This document shows positions 43,480 to 52,197 of a DNA stretch of 52,921 nt, piece after piece. The stretch is from a virus. The position numbers were made by a program, and so were the translations under genes. The notes below the pieces were generated by a model that made no database searches, was not told where the DNA came from, and saw nothing but the letters and a program-made list of their open reading frames with translations. The stretch's first letter is position 1, and each line of letters opens with the position of its first letter. The DNA lies in the IMG/VR virus record IMGVR_UViG_3300010263_000121; one strand, given 5' to 3'.

Positions 43480-43860
43480 TTAAGACCTCCGCCTCACTTC
43501 CGCTGCAAGCCTTTCAGCAAAACCCCTCGCCGCATCGTTTAAGGGCTTCTCAAGGTACTTCGCCTGCCCGACCGTGTGATGCACGTTGAGGTTCTCATGC
43601 ACGAACACAGCATAGGGCGCAGCAGGCCCACCGAAGCCCAAAGTAACCTCAATCGAGCCCCGCCTTATTACAGGCTTTTGAACGTGGCCCGTACTTCTCA
43701 AAGTCCCGGTATCAACAGGGCAGAGCCTCTTCGCCTCTGCCATAATGCGCTCGCCTTCAGCATAAAGGGCAGCTGCCAAACTCTTTTCAGCACGCTGCCC
43801 CTGCGCTTTCAAAGCCTTTTTAAGCTCCCTAAAGCCGCTAACCTTAAGCCTAATCTTCAT
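43480..43860 (-). CDS. HK97 gp10-family neck/tail component
   Basis: CPVDTGTLRSTG motif and typical size (126 aa). Confidence 0.7.
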   Translation of the reverse strand: MKIRLKVSGFRELKKALKAQGQRAEKSLAAALYAEGERIMAEAKRLCPVDTGTLRSTGHVQKPVIRRGSIEVTLGFGGPAAPYAVFVHENLNVHHTVGQAKYLEKPLNDAARGFAERLAAEVRRRS

Positions 43861-44207
43861 GCGAAGTCCACCCGCACATGGTGCATCCCCTTTTCATCAG
43901 GGAAATGCGCGATATTTAGGATAAACGGCCTTCTCCCATCAGGGAGGATGATCCTATCGTCCGTTGTGATGTCAGGTGCCCCGAAGAACCACGCGGTTGT
44001 TGTAGCCACGCGCTCCTGGCCGTTGGCATCAACTACGAGCCTCTGCTTATCTACTACACGCCCGCGGTAGGCAACAGGCGGCCCGAAGATCGGATCGCCG
44101 CCGATGGGGTTCCTGCCGATCATCTTCTCCACGATGATCGTCTGGTGCATGAGCTCAAGGAAATCCCTCTCAATGGTTGCCATCAGTACCAGCACCCCCT
44201 GCGCCAA
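43857..44207 (-). CDS. Head-tail joining / head closure protein candidate
   Basis: 116 aa. The call rests on position in the neck module. Confidence 0.4.
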   Translation of the reverse strand: MAQGVLVLMATIERDFLELMHQTIIVEKMIGRNPIGGDPIFGPPVAYRGRVVDKQRLVVDANGQERVATTTAWFFGAPDITTDDRIILPDGRRPFILNIAHFPDEKGMHHVRVDFA

Positions 44208-44635
44208 GTATCCTCCTGCACCGAGGGCGCGCGCTTGTTCCGCATCATACCGCGCTTAAAGGCAGGCCGCACGCGGTCTGTATCCTCTTCCTGGGTTTTC
44301 TTATCGCTCTTTGAGATACCGCCAGCATAAGGCACAGCCCTCTTCCCTGCCTCTGTCTGAAGCCTCTTTGCGAGCTCCCAGTAGTGCTGTGCCTGCTGGG
44401 AGAATGAAAGCCTAAGGTCCCCGACAGCCTTATCTGCACGCCTCGAATACTTGCCAGCAAGGGCCCTCGCGCCGTCTGCTGCGGCCAGGAGAACGTTGCC
44501 GTTGAACTTCTTCAGGAGATAGAGAACCTCTTGATCGTAAAACTGGGGATCATCCGGATCGGTGTCTCCTAAGTAAAACCTCACCGCATCTTTTGGATTG
44601 GCATCAGGATCGCCCGAATAAGTCCAGGCAGGCAT
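44183..44635 (-). CDS. Head-tail connector candidate
   Basis: 150 aa. The call rests on position in the neck module. Confidence 0.35.
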   Translation of the reverse strand: MPAWTYSGDPDANPKDAVRFYLGDTDPDDPQFYDQEVLYLLKKFNGNVLLAAADGARALAGKYSRRADKAVGDLRLSFSQQAQHYWELAKRLQTEAGKRAVPYAGGISKSDKKTQEEDTDRVRPAFKRGMMRNKRAPSVQEDTWRRGCWY

Positions 44636-44648
44636 ATCATCACCGCCT

Positions 44649-44999
44649 TTAGTTGACGCTGGGATTTAAGGTAACACGGCCGACAGTAATCACGCTCACC
44701 GCACCGTCGGCTTCTATCAGCTGGGCCTCGTGGTAGTAGTATCCGGCGGGCATCGCCTCCGTGTCCTCTGGATCGATCTGAATACGGATTAAGCCCCGTA
44801 GCGGATCAGGGATGGTGATGCCGTTCCCCGTCTCCTTTACAAGCGTGGGCTCCGGCCCGTTAAAGACCTGCATCTTCATTTTCCACTTCACCTGGGCCCC
44901 GGTGATGTCGTAGTAGTTATCTTCCGGATCGTAGACACGGATAAAGACCTCTTTCGTATCGCCCTGCCACATCTCGAAATTCTGGTTTATCCTAGCCAT
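44649..44999 (-). CDS. Small beta-rich structural protein (Ig-like candidate)
   Basis: 116 aa. The W.GDT..V.I.V......YDITGA.V.W pattern is common in phage Ig-like accessory proteins. Confidence 0.35.
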   Translation of the reverse strand: MARINQNFEMWQGDTKEVFIRVYDPEDNYYDITGAQVKWKMKMQVFNGPEPTLVKETGNGITIPDPLRGLIRIQIDPEDTEAMPAGYYYHEAQLIEADGAVSVITVGRVTLNPSVN

Positions 45000-46356
45000 C
45001 TAAGTCCACCTCGCCCTCCAGATAGATGCGCCTCACCACCGACCCCGTGAGTTTCGCAGCGAAGAGCCCCCGAACACGGATGAAAGCACTTAGAGAGCTT
45101 ACCGCCGGCACAGAGCCTATCAAGGTGAACCGTCCCGAGAGCGCAGCCGAAAGATGGGATAAAGCGTACACGTCTCCAACGATAACGAACTTGAGGACAA
45201 GCGGCGAAGTTAAGTCCGAGAGCGCATCAACCTGCCCCGACAGCATAAGGCCCTTAGAAAGAGCCGCATCAAGCTCCGATAAAGCCGCCACGGTGCCGTC
45301 TATGAAGGCGTGCCGCCCGAGCCTTGCCCCGACAGTAGAAAGCCCTGGAAGAGATGCGGTTAAGCCTACCTCGCGCCTTAATCCGCCCTCAAGCGCAGAG
45401 CTGCCCGCAACCGCACCTGTGAGCCCTACGGTTCTCCTTAAATCAGCCTCGACAGTTGACTCGCCTTCTATGCTCACAGAAAGCCCGATCTTCCGTCTTA
45501 AATCAGCCTCTAGAGTGCTTTCAGCAGAAATAGTGCCCCAGATTTCGGAGACGTAAGATAGATCGGCCCCGACCGTTAATTCTGCCTCTACACTGCCTGA
45601 AAGCTTAATATGCCTGGATAATACCCCTTGAACGTCGCTCTCGCCGGAGATAGTCCCGGATAACTGCACATAGAAATACTTGCGGTAGAGGTATGCCTCG
45701 ACAACCTCGATTTCGGTGTCGGTCAGCATCCGGTCATAGAAGATGAGTTCTGCGAGCTCTGCATTTGCGGGGTTAGAGGCAAGGTTGTAGTGCGCCCCGA
45801 TGGTGAACCGCGTTGTGCCCTGGTTTCCAGCTGGGCCTGTCTGCACTACCTGCCCATCTTCGCGGATTGCCGAGTTTGGCCCGTTGAAGATGCCTGTGTG
45901 GATGAAAAAGCGAGGCATCACAATTTCCCTGGTATAGCCAAGGAAAGTACCCGCGAAGATACGCACCTGCGTTGTAGACGTCTCCACGATATGCCGTGAA
46001 GCATCGTTCTCGCCGTCTAGGATGCGGCCATTTGCCCTAGTACGCCAGACAATGAAAATCACATTCGGCTGGGCTCTGCTTGCAAAGGTGTTCGTCCGAA
46101 GGACCCTGGTCGGCACGAAGTCCACCGCAGGAAGCCCTGAAGATGTCCTGTCTACATGGAATGTGGGGGCACTTGCCGTGGCAAGGGCAGCATCGAGGCC
46201 GTTCGGCCCTCTATCCGGCCACACCGTCACCGGATCGCCGTCGGAGAGGTTCAGATCGTCAGCTGCATACCATGCAAACGGCGTAGGTATCAGAAGAGCA
46301 CCGAGTGTTGATTTCGCCTTTACCGACCCTTTCACGGCAGACACCCCCCTTCTCAC
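44992..46356 (-). CDS. LamG-like (concanavalin-type lectin) domain protein with a C-terminal 20-residue tandem repeat array
   Basis: The N-terminal ~230 aa look LamG-like (..NVIFIVWR..RFTIGAHYN..AELAELIFYDRMLTDTEIEVVEAYLYRKY). The C-terminal ~220 aa carry about 11 repeats of the L-x-G-x-V-x-A-x-S-x-L-x-A-x-L-x-R-x-x-G type. Confidence 0.6.
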   Translation of the reverse strand: MRRGVSAVKGSVKAKSTLGALLIPTPFAWYAADDLNLSDGDPVTVWPDRGPNGLDAALATASAPTFHVDRTSSGLPAVDFVPTRVLRTNTFASRAQPNVIFIVWRTRANGRILDGENDASRHIVETSTTQVRIFAGTFLGYTREIVMPRFFIHTGIFNGPNSAIREDGQVVQTGPAGNQGTTRFTIGAHYNLASNPANAELAELIFYDRMLTDTEIEVVEAYLYRKYFYVQLSGTISGESDVQGVLSRHIKLSGSVEAELTVGADLSYVSEIWGTISAESTLEADLRRKIGLSVSIEGESTVEADLRRTVGLTGAVAGSSALEGGLRREVGLTASLPGLSTVGARLGRHAFIDGTVAALSELDAALSKGLMLSGQVDALSDLTSPLVLKFVIVGDVYALSHLSAALSGRFTLIGSVPAVSSLSAFIRVRGLFAAKLTGSVVRRIYLEGEVDLDG

Positions 46357-46385
46357 CGAAAAAGGCCCCTAAAGGGCCCAAAGCA

Positions 46386-46808
46386 TCAGTCAAGCGTGAT
46401 CGTGATTGCACCAGCGGCGAAACTGGCCGTGTCGTTCTCTTCAATCGTCCGGGGCACATCGAGCGCACCGAAAGCGATGATGTCCTCTGGATCAGTCGAG
46501 GTCGGATCGGTTGAGAAGAAGAAGTGCGTAACGGTGCCCCAGCTGCCCGTTGCCGTTGGGAAGGACAGCTCATTCGCGTTCTGTTTGACAGACGGCCCGC
46601 CCGCGGTTGCGTTCGGCCACTCAGTGGCATCGTTCGTAACCTCAACCCTGGCGTAAGCGTCCAAAGGATCAGGCTCTGTGATGCCCGTGCCGTCGTTGTT
46701 GATGGCCGTTGTCGAAAGCCCGATATAAAGGTTCGCTGCAGCAGAGTATGCGCTGCCGCCCCATACAAGGTCAAGCAGAGCCTTTTCAAGTACCTCCGTG
46801 AAGCTCAT
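46386..46808 (-). CDS. Hypothetical structural protein
   Basis: 140-aa ORF in the head module. Confidence 0.45.
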   Translation of the reverse strand: MSFTEVLEKALLDLVWGGSAYSAAANLYIGLSTTAINNDGTGITEPDPLDAYARVEVTNDATEWPNATAGGPSVKQNANELSFPTATGSWGTVTHFFFSTDPTSTDPEDIIAFGALDVPRTIEENDTASFAAGAITITLD

Positions 46809-46910
46809 TTATTTCCCCCCTTGCCTTTCTCTTCAGCCTTTTTAACCGTCAGATCGCCCTTAACCTTGATTTTCGAGTACACCTTTGGGCTGCGGCCACT
46901 CTTTCCCTTA

Positions 46911-47282
46911 TCAGTCGATGCCTGCATCGCCGATTACCTCCGCTTCGCCCTCGACCGTGCCTTCAAACTGCATGGAAAGCCCCGCAGCAGCAGAAATCCC
47001 CGCTTGGTTCTCCACAGAGCTTCCAAAGGCCATATCAAGAGCCAGGCTTGCGCTCACAATAGATTCTCCGTCAACGAAGCTGCCGAAGAAAGGCGGCTCG
47101 TACTTCTTAAACCTAGAGCCGTGGGTATAGCCCTCGCGCTCGGTTAAATCAGCCGTCCTAATCTTCCCAGCAGCACGAAGGGCAGCCACGTTCTTTCCTA
47201 CCACATGGAAAGGAATCGGCTGCCCCAACTGATACGTCTTTCCGCCGAACCTAAGTGTCGGCTTATTGCAGAGTAGAACCAT
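46911..47282 (-). CDS. Hypothetical structural protein
   Basis: 123-aa ORF in the head module. Confidence 0.4.
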   Translation of the reverse strand: MVLLCNKPTLRFGGKTYQLGQPIPFHVVGKNVAALRAAGKIRTADLTEREGYTHGSRFKKYEPPFFGSFVDGESIVSASLALDMAFGSSVENQAGISAAAGLSMQFEGTVEGEAEVIGDAGID

Positions 47283-47296
47283 CAGATCAGCCCCTT

Positions 47297-47692
47297 CTAA
47301 GGCTCACCTACCTTATCATCATCCTCTTCTTCCTGAGCAGGCTCCTTTTTGGCTTCCGGCTCAACCTCACCTAGAAAAAATCCAAAAGCCTCCATCGCCT
47401 TGAAGGCTTTTTCTTTTCCCTTGACCCGCCGTCCAGTAGGTAGCTCATAGACACCGCCTCCAACGTGTTTTGGCTGCATCTTTTCGAGATACTGAGAAAG
47501 TTTTTCGTGCTGGTCAGGATTAAGCTCATCGAGGCCCTTTAAGATGACATGCCCTGTGTTTAGAAGCACCCTCTTCTGCCGTTCGGTAAAAAGAGCCACC
47601 TCCGGCACAGGGTCCCCAGGGAACCTGAGATCATCACCTATCTTGAGCCTTCTGCCTGCTACAAAAACCTTCTCCATGAGTATCCCCTCCAA
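47297..47692 (-). CDS. Hypothetical protein with acidic C-terminus
   Basis: 131-aa ORF directly downstream of the capsid gene. Confidence 0.4.
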   Translation of the reverse strand: MEGILMEKVFVAGRRLKIGDDLRFPGDPVPEVALFTERQKRVLLNTGHVILKGLDELNPDQHEKLSQYLEKMQPKHVGGGVYELPTGRRVKGKEKAFKAMEAFGFFLGEVEPEAKKEPAQEEEDDDKVGEP

Positions 47693-47712
47693 GTTAGGGC
47701 TAAGCCCTGTTA

Positions 47713-48696
47713 TCAGGCAACAGCATTTGCGAAGAACACGCCAAGGTCAGGCGCAACAAGCTTCGCGTCGAAAGCGATCTCACCCTCTATCCGGTCGGCA
47801 CCGATCTGCTCAATGCGGAACCGCTTAATCCGGTTCCCAGCAGGCCCTGCGCCGAGGTAGCCGGTCCAGGAGAAGATATACCCGCCAGACGGCTGCAGGA
47901 TAGAAGGTGTTGGGTTAGCGTAGACAAGGAGAGCGTGGTTGCCGAAGATGAAGTCGAAATCAGCATCCCCGGGCACGCCTTCAGGTGCTGGGTTGATTAC
48001 GCCCCAAGGCACGAGCACCCGCTCGACATCAAAAAGCCCAGCGAGAATCTCGGTGGTAACTACCCCTCGCTGGGTGTATTTGATGCGGTCGAGCACATCT
48101 GGATGGTTCCTGATAGCGTTGTAGACCGTAGGCGAGAGCACAAGCACGTTCGGCCTGAAGCCGGTCTTTTGAGCGATCAGGACAGCTGCACCCGTAATGT
48201 CCTCAATGGGTGTCGAGCTTGCTTGGTCCCACTGCAGGAACTGCCCTGCGCCAGGGGCGGCAGGCACGCCCTGCAGGTCGGTATCCCAAACGGTTGTTCT
48301 GAAGTAGTTCTGGGCCCATACCTGCTCCCTCTTTAAGAGCAGCTGCTGGGTTACCCAAAGGGTTGCGTCCCGGTCCATGTCGATGGGCTCGTCGGAATTG
48401 GCTCTCGTGAAATCGTCTACGTCCTTGTGGACTGCAAAGACCGTTGCATAATACGTAGGCGTGTTGTCAATGCGCCAGCCGGAGCCCGCCGATTCGGTTG
48501 CCGGAGCACGCTCTTTCGCTTCAGAACGGAACCAATCTTCCTTCAGGTACTTAAAGTACCTGTCCGACTGCTTCTGCACAGGCACCGTTGGGAAGACCTT
48601 ATCTGCGATAAACGCGGTTGCTTCCTGGATATACGCGATAGAGATGTTAGTTAACGGTCGATTAACATGGACATCCCCTGGAGTTGGGATTGGCAT
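47713..48696 (-). CDS. Major capsid protein
   Basis: 327 aa, located after the scaffold and DUF2190-like genes. Its N-terminal pattern (NRPLTNISIAYIQ...FIADKVFP.VPV) is typical of gpE-like major capsid proteins. Confidence 0.8.
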   Translation of the reverse strand: MPIPTPGDVHVNRPLTNISIAYIQEATAFIADKVFPTVPVQKQSDRYFKYLKEDWFRSEAKERAPATESAGSGWRIDNTPTYYATVFAVHKDVDDFTRANSDEPIDMDRDATLWVTQQLLLKREQVWAQNYFRTTVWDTDLQGVPAAPGAGQFLQWDQASSTPIEDITGAAVLIAQKTGFRPNVLVLSPTVYNAIRNHPDVLDRIKYTQRGVVTTEILAGLFDVERVLVPWGVINPAPEGVPGDADFDFIFGNHALLVYANPTPSILQPSGGYIFSWTGYLGAGPAGNRIKRFRIEQIGADRIEGEIAFDAKLVAPDLGVFFANAVA

Positions 48697-48727
48697 CCTT
48701 TTAACCCCCCTTTAGCTTAAAAACTCG

Positions 48728-49120
48728 TTAGGCCAGCTCCGGCCCGTGATAGAGCGCAATGGAGATGATCTCGTCCTCGTTCGCAGCAGCAGTTAAGGCA
48801 ACCCCCAGCACTCGATCGCCGGAACCAGCGACCTTCGCCTTGCCGTCAGCGTCCGATGCGACCTCTTCGCCCGGATCGATTGCCTCGGCAGCTACGACCT
48901 TAGACACGCCGTAGATGCGGATAGAGGCTGCCTCACCGCCTGCACCGGTTGCTTCACCCGGCTTATTCTGGAGGACCCCGAGAGCCGCTTCACCGTCTCC
49001 AGCGAGCTCCACTTCGCCGTCAGAGTTGACCTTAACGAAGAAATACTGGAAGTCCTGGAGATCGTCAGCCGCCACGAGGCTTATATCTAGTACAGGAATC
49101 TCCCATGCCATCATCATCAC
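48728..49120 (-). CDS. DUF2190-like head decoration protein
   Basis: 130 aa, Gly/Ala-rich, with ..ALGVLQNKP....G..A.I...GVSKV.A......G..V.....GK...A pattern. Confidence 0.6.
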   Translation of the reverse strand: MMMMAWEIPVLDISLVAADDLQDFQYFFVKVNSDGEVELAGDGEAALGVLQNKPGEATGAGGEAASIRIYGVSKVVAAEAIDPGEEVASDADGKAKVAGSGDRVLGVALTAAANEDEIISIALYHGPELA

Positions 49121-49141
49121 CCTGCCTTTCTTTTTAGGGTT

Positions 49142-50035
49142 TTACTTCTTCCTCTGCTGCTCGGCCAGGTATTCAGCGTAAAGCTGTGGATTGGCCTCAA
49201 GCACGATGGAGATCGCCTTTTCTTTGGTGAGGTTGGCATCCTTCTGAATGAGCCCTTGCGCGAGCTTCTCGATCTTCGTCCATGCACCGCCGGAACTGCC
49301 ATTATAGGAGGAGCCGAACTCTTTTAGAATCTCGCTCTGCCCGAGTGCTTCGTTTACAGCACGCAGGAGGCGTTCAATCTTATCGTATTCTTCTTTGGCC
49401 TTCTCATGGAAAGCCTGGAGGATGCGCCCCAGCTCTTCAGCAGAGATGGGCAGATTGTCAAACTGTTTAGCCCGTTCCTCGAATTCCTTGCGGATGCGGA
49501 GCTCCTTTTCCTCACGGAGCTCTTTTGCAAGCTGATCGGCACGCTCTGCCTGTTTCCAGAGTGCCTCAACGATAGCCCGCTGCTCCTTGGGCACACCCGA
49601 AAGATCATAGCTGCCGTCAGCCTTCTTGATCGGCCTTGGGAAACCAGCCATGATCTCGATCTTCTCTTCCTCTTCGGCCCTAGGCTTCTGGTCTACGATG
49701 CGCTCCGGCAGCTTTAGCTCCGCGAGCTCTGCAATGACCTCCAAAATATCCTCCGGCAGATCAGCCTTGTAAGCCCTAAGGACCTTCACAACCTCTTTGA
49801 CGATCTCTCTGCACTCTTCTGTGAACCCTTCCTGGCCCTCGATAAGCTCCAGCTTTTCCTCAAGCTCAAGCGGAGCTTCGCTGGTGATCAGCTCAATCAG
49901 TTTCTCCTTCAGATCAGGCACTCTCTCTTCGCCCCCTTCATCAAGTTGTTTGAACAGCAAAAAGGCCCGCTTGTTAGCAGGCTTTTTCACAAGAGATACT
50001 TCTGCGACATCGAGATCGGTTAGGACATTAGGCAT
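49142..50035 (-). CDS. Head scaffolding protein
   Basis: 297 aa, highly charged and coiled-coil-rich, located between the protease-like gene and the capsid gene. Confidence 0.65.
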   Translation of the reverse strand: MPNVLTDLDVAEVSLVKKPANKRAFLLFKQLDEGGEERVPDLKEKLIELITSEAPLELEEKLELIEGQEGFTEECREIVKEVVKVLRAYKADLPEDILEVIAELAELKLPERIVDQKPRAEEEEKIEIMAGFPRPIKKADGSYDLSGVPKEQRAIVEALWKQAERADQLAKELREEKELRIRKEFEERAKQFDNLPISAEELGRILQAFHEKAKEEYDKIERLLRAVNEALGQSEILKEFGSSYNGSSGGAWTKIEKLAQGLIQKDANLTKEKAISIVLEANPQLYAEYLAEQQRKK

Positions 50036-50048
50036 CTAATCCCCCCTT

Positions 50049-50726
50049 TCAGATAGACTGCCTTATGCCAACAGCTCCGATGGAAAAGCCCGTAACCTCG
50101 CCAGCTTTAATCTGCTCCCAAAGATCAGGATCGTGCACCTTAACGCTCATCACCCAGCTGCCCTTTTTGACCGTCTGGTCGTTGATAGTGAAATCCTGGG
50201 GCGCAATGTAGCTTTCCACGACATCAGCTTTAGCCACTTCCGAGTGGAACTTCCCGACCACGCGGGATTTGACCAAAAAGCCGTGCGCCGCCTTTTCGAT
50301 CTCTTCAGCCGAGATGATATCGCCCTGAGCATCTTCGGTATCAGGCTCAAGCACGATGCCACTTACAATCTGCTTTTCCTGATCGACTTTAAAGATGCCG
50401 GTTATGAGCTGTTTGGTAACCGTCTCCCCTTTAGGTTTTGGGCTTTCCCTTTGTTTGGAGAGCCTTGCGGCTTTGGAGACGAGCTCCATCAGCCAGTTAA
50501 AAAAGCTCTCCGCTTCCTTTGCCGCCTTCACCTTTACCCAGGTGCCGTTCGGCCCTTTCTCCCATCCTGCACGCTTAACTGCGCTCCAGGCGATTCTAGC
50601 TGCGGATTCTTCACTGTTTCCGGCTTTTTCTGCAGAGTTGAAGGCAGCCCTCCAGACTTCAGCAGCTTCCCTGGGCAAAACATTCTTCACCGGCTCCGGC
50701 AGATCGCTTATCCTGTCATAAGGCAT
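50049..50726 (-). CDS. ChaB-domain / XkdF-like (putative prohead protease) fusion protein
   Basis: The N-terminal LPEPVKNVLPREAAEVWRAAFNSA...AARIAWSAVKRAGW matches the ChaB signature. The C-terminal ~120 aa are XkdF-like (KQIVSGIVLEPDTEDAQGDIISAEEIEKAAHGF). Confidence 0.6.
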   Translation of the reverse strand: MPYDRISDLPEPVKNVLPREAAEVWRAAFNSAEKAGNSEESAARIAWSAVKRAGWEKGPNGTWVKVKAAKEAESFFNWLMELVSKAARLSKQRESPKPKGETVTKQLITGIFKVDQEKQIVSGIVLEPDTEDAQGDIISAEEIEKAAHGFLVKSRVVGKFHSEVAKADVVESYIAPQDFTINDQTVKKGSWVMSVKVHDPDLWEQIKAGEVTGFSIGAVGIRQSI

Positions 50727-50738
50727 CTTATCCCCCCT

Positions 50739-51626
50739 TTACTCGTCGAACTCAAGAGCAACAGCGCACCGACAGTTGGGATGCACAGGAGGCGCATAGA
50801 CGGCACCAAGTGCGCTCTGGAAGCTTTCTTGAATCCTCACCCTCTGGCCGTGCATCTGCTCACAGATGGGGCACAAGCGATCATCAGGTGTCGTAATCCA
50901 GACCCGCCATGTGCGCGACGGCTGGATAAGGCCCTCGGCCACACCTTCCTGCCAGAGTATGGACTGCCCAGCGCTTGCTGCACGGATAGTCTCGGTTCTC
51001 GCGATAGTCTCTGCCCTTCTCCTGTGAAGCCTCTCGGCATAGCGCTGGGCTCTTTCAAGTGCCTTCCCCTCCGGCACGCCCTGGGCAAGTAAGCCCCGGC
51101 GGAAGTTATCCACAGCCAGGGCCTGGGTTTCAGTTAAGCCCACGACATCACGGATGAGCCGTGCGGCCTTATAGGGGTGCATCCCTTCTTCAAAGGCGCG
51201 CTGGATGATCTTCTGCACGCCTTCCCTCGATGCGTCCGTGATCTCCCGGATGAGGTCGAAGCGGTACTGCCGGATGAACTCAACAGATCGCGGGTTTAGG
51301 AGGTCAAAGCGCACCCTCATCTGCACCGCTTCCGGCAGGTACTTCTCCGATGCCCTTGCCCCGTCGCGCACGATGGTAATGAGCTCTTCGGCCATGTCCT
51401 CAAGATATGGAGGCAGCTCGTCCCAGGGGATGGCATCTTCCACTTTCTTTGGATCGCCTGACTCAATCGCCCTTTCAAGCTCGGCCAGGGTGATGTTGGA
51501 AGAGAACTCCCTCATGCCCTCAAGGAACGTCCGGCGCAGGATTTCCCTTTTACTGTCTGCCACCCCATGGAGCGTCCTCCACTCCGGATTTCGAGGCTTC
51601 GGCACGGTATCACCACCCCCGATCAA
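50739..51626 (-). CDS. Head morphogenesis protein, SPP1 gp7 / Mu F family
   Basis: ARTETIRAASAGQ, CPICEQMHGQ and PPVHPNCRCA motifs. Confidence 0.8.
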   Translation of the reverse strand: MIGGGDTVPKPRNPEWRTLHGVADSKREILRRTFLEGMREFSSNITLAELERAIESGDPKKVEDAIPWDELPPYLEDMAEELITIVRDGARASEKYLPEAVQMRVRFDLLNPRSVEFIRQYRFDLIREITDASREGVQKIIQRAFEEGMHPYKAARLIRDVVGLTETQALAVDNFRRGLLAQGVPEGKALERAQRYAERLHRRRAETIARTETIRAASAGQSILWQEGVAEGLIQPSRTWRVWITTPDDRLCPICEQMHGQRVRIQESFQSALGAVYAPPVHPNCRCAVALEFDE

Positions 51627-52197
51627 TCCTGAGCGTCCAGGCGGCTTAGAAACTAGACGCTTAGGAAACTAGAAGACTGGAAGACTAGACGTCTAGACGC
51701 TTGATACAGATTTATCCGAATATTACTGGTATAGAGCAATTTAAGCCCCCTATTTTTTGACCCTAAGTAAAAGTACCTTAAAGCGTAATAAGCCTCTCCT
51801 GGGCTTTCTTTTAAGCCCAGGGAGGCATCTATGGTGAAAGCCCAGGATAACTCCCAGGCTCTGTGCCGATGGTGCATCTTTCTAAAACGAAATACGGGGC
51901 GATTTAAGCCTTCTTTTTCGCGAGGGTATATTGGACTACCCTAACCGCCAAAAAACTCAACCTGGAAGCTCCTGTGCGTTCAGAGAGGCATCCTAGAAAG
52001 AAAGCCAGGCTCCAGGCTCTCCCTTCACATTTTACCGCTGCCGAACAACCATCCGCCTTAAAACCTCGCCGCCCAGACGGTTAAACGCCCAAATGCTTAG
52101 ACGCCTAAACACTTAGAAGGCTTGACGCTTAGGAGCCCAGACATTTAGGAAACCAGACTCTTAGGCGGCTAGACGCTTGATGCACTCTAAAACCGTC
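51627..52197. repeat. 571-bp non-coding region with two related clusters of TTAG[A/G]-type short repeats flanking a structured core
   Basis: CTAGACGCTTGAT occurs at 51693 and at 52169. GACGCTTAGGA occurs at 51656 and at 52124. A 13-bp stem with one bulge lies at 51793-51828. No convincing ORF. Confidence 0.6.

Noticed and set aside
46259-46789. 176-aa minus-strand ORF overlapping 46386..46808 in another frame, plus plus-strand ORFs at 46022..46372 and 46524..47147
   Set aside because: The composition is Arg/Ser/Pro-rich and they overlap better-supported structural genes. They have no start signals.
51653-51877. 74-aa minus-strand ORF inside the portal/MuF intergenic region
   Set aside because: It spans the repeat cluster and the large hairpin, has unusual composition and no RBS. 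The region is more plausibly non-coding.
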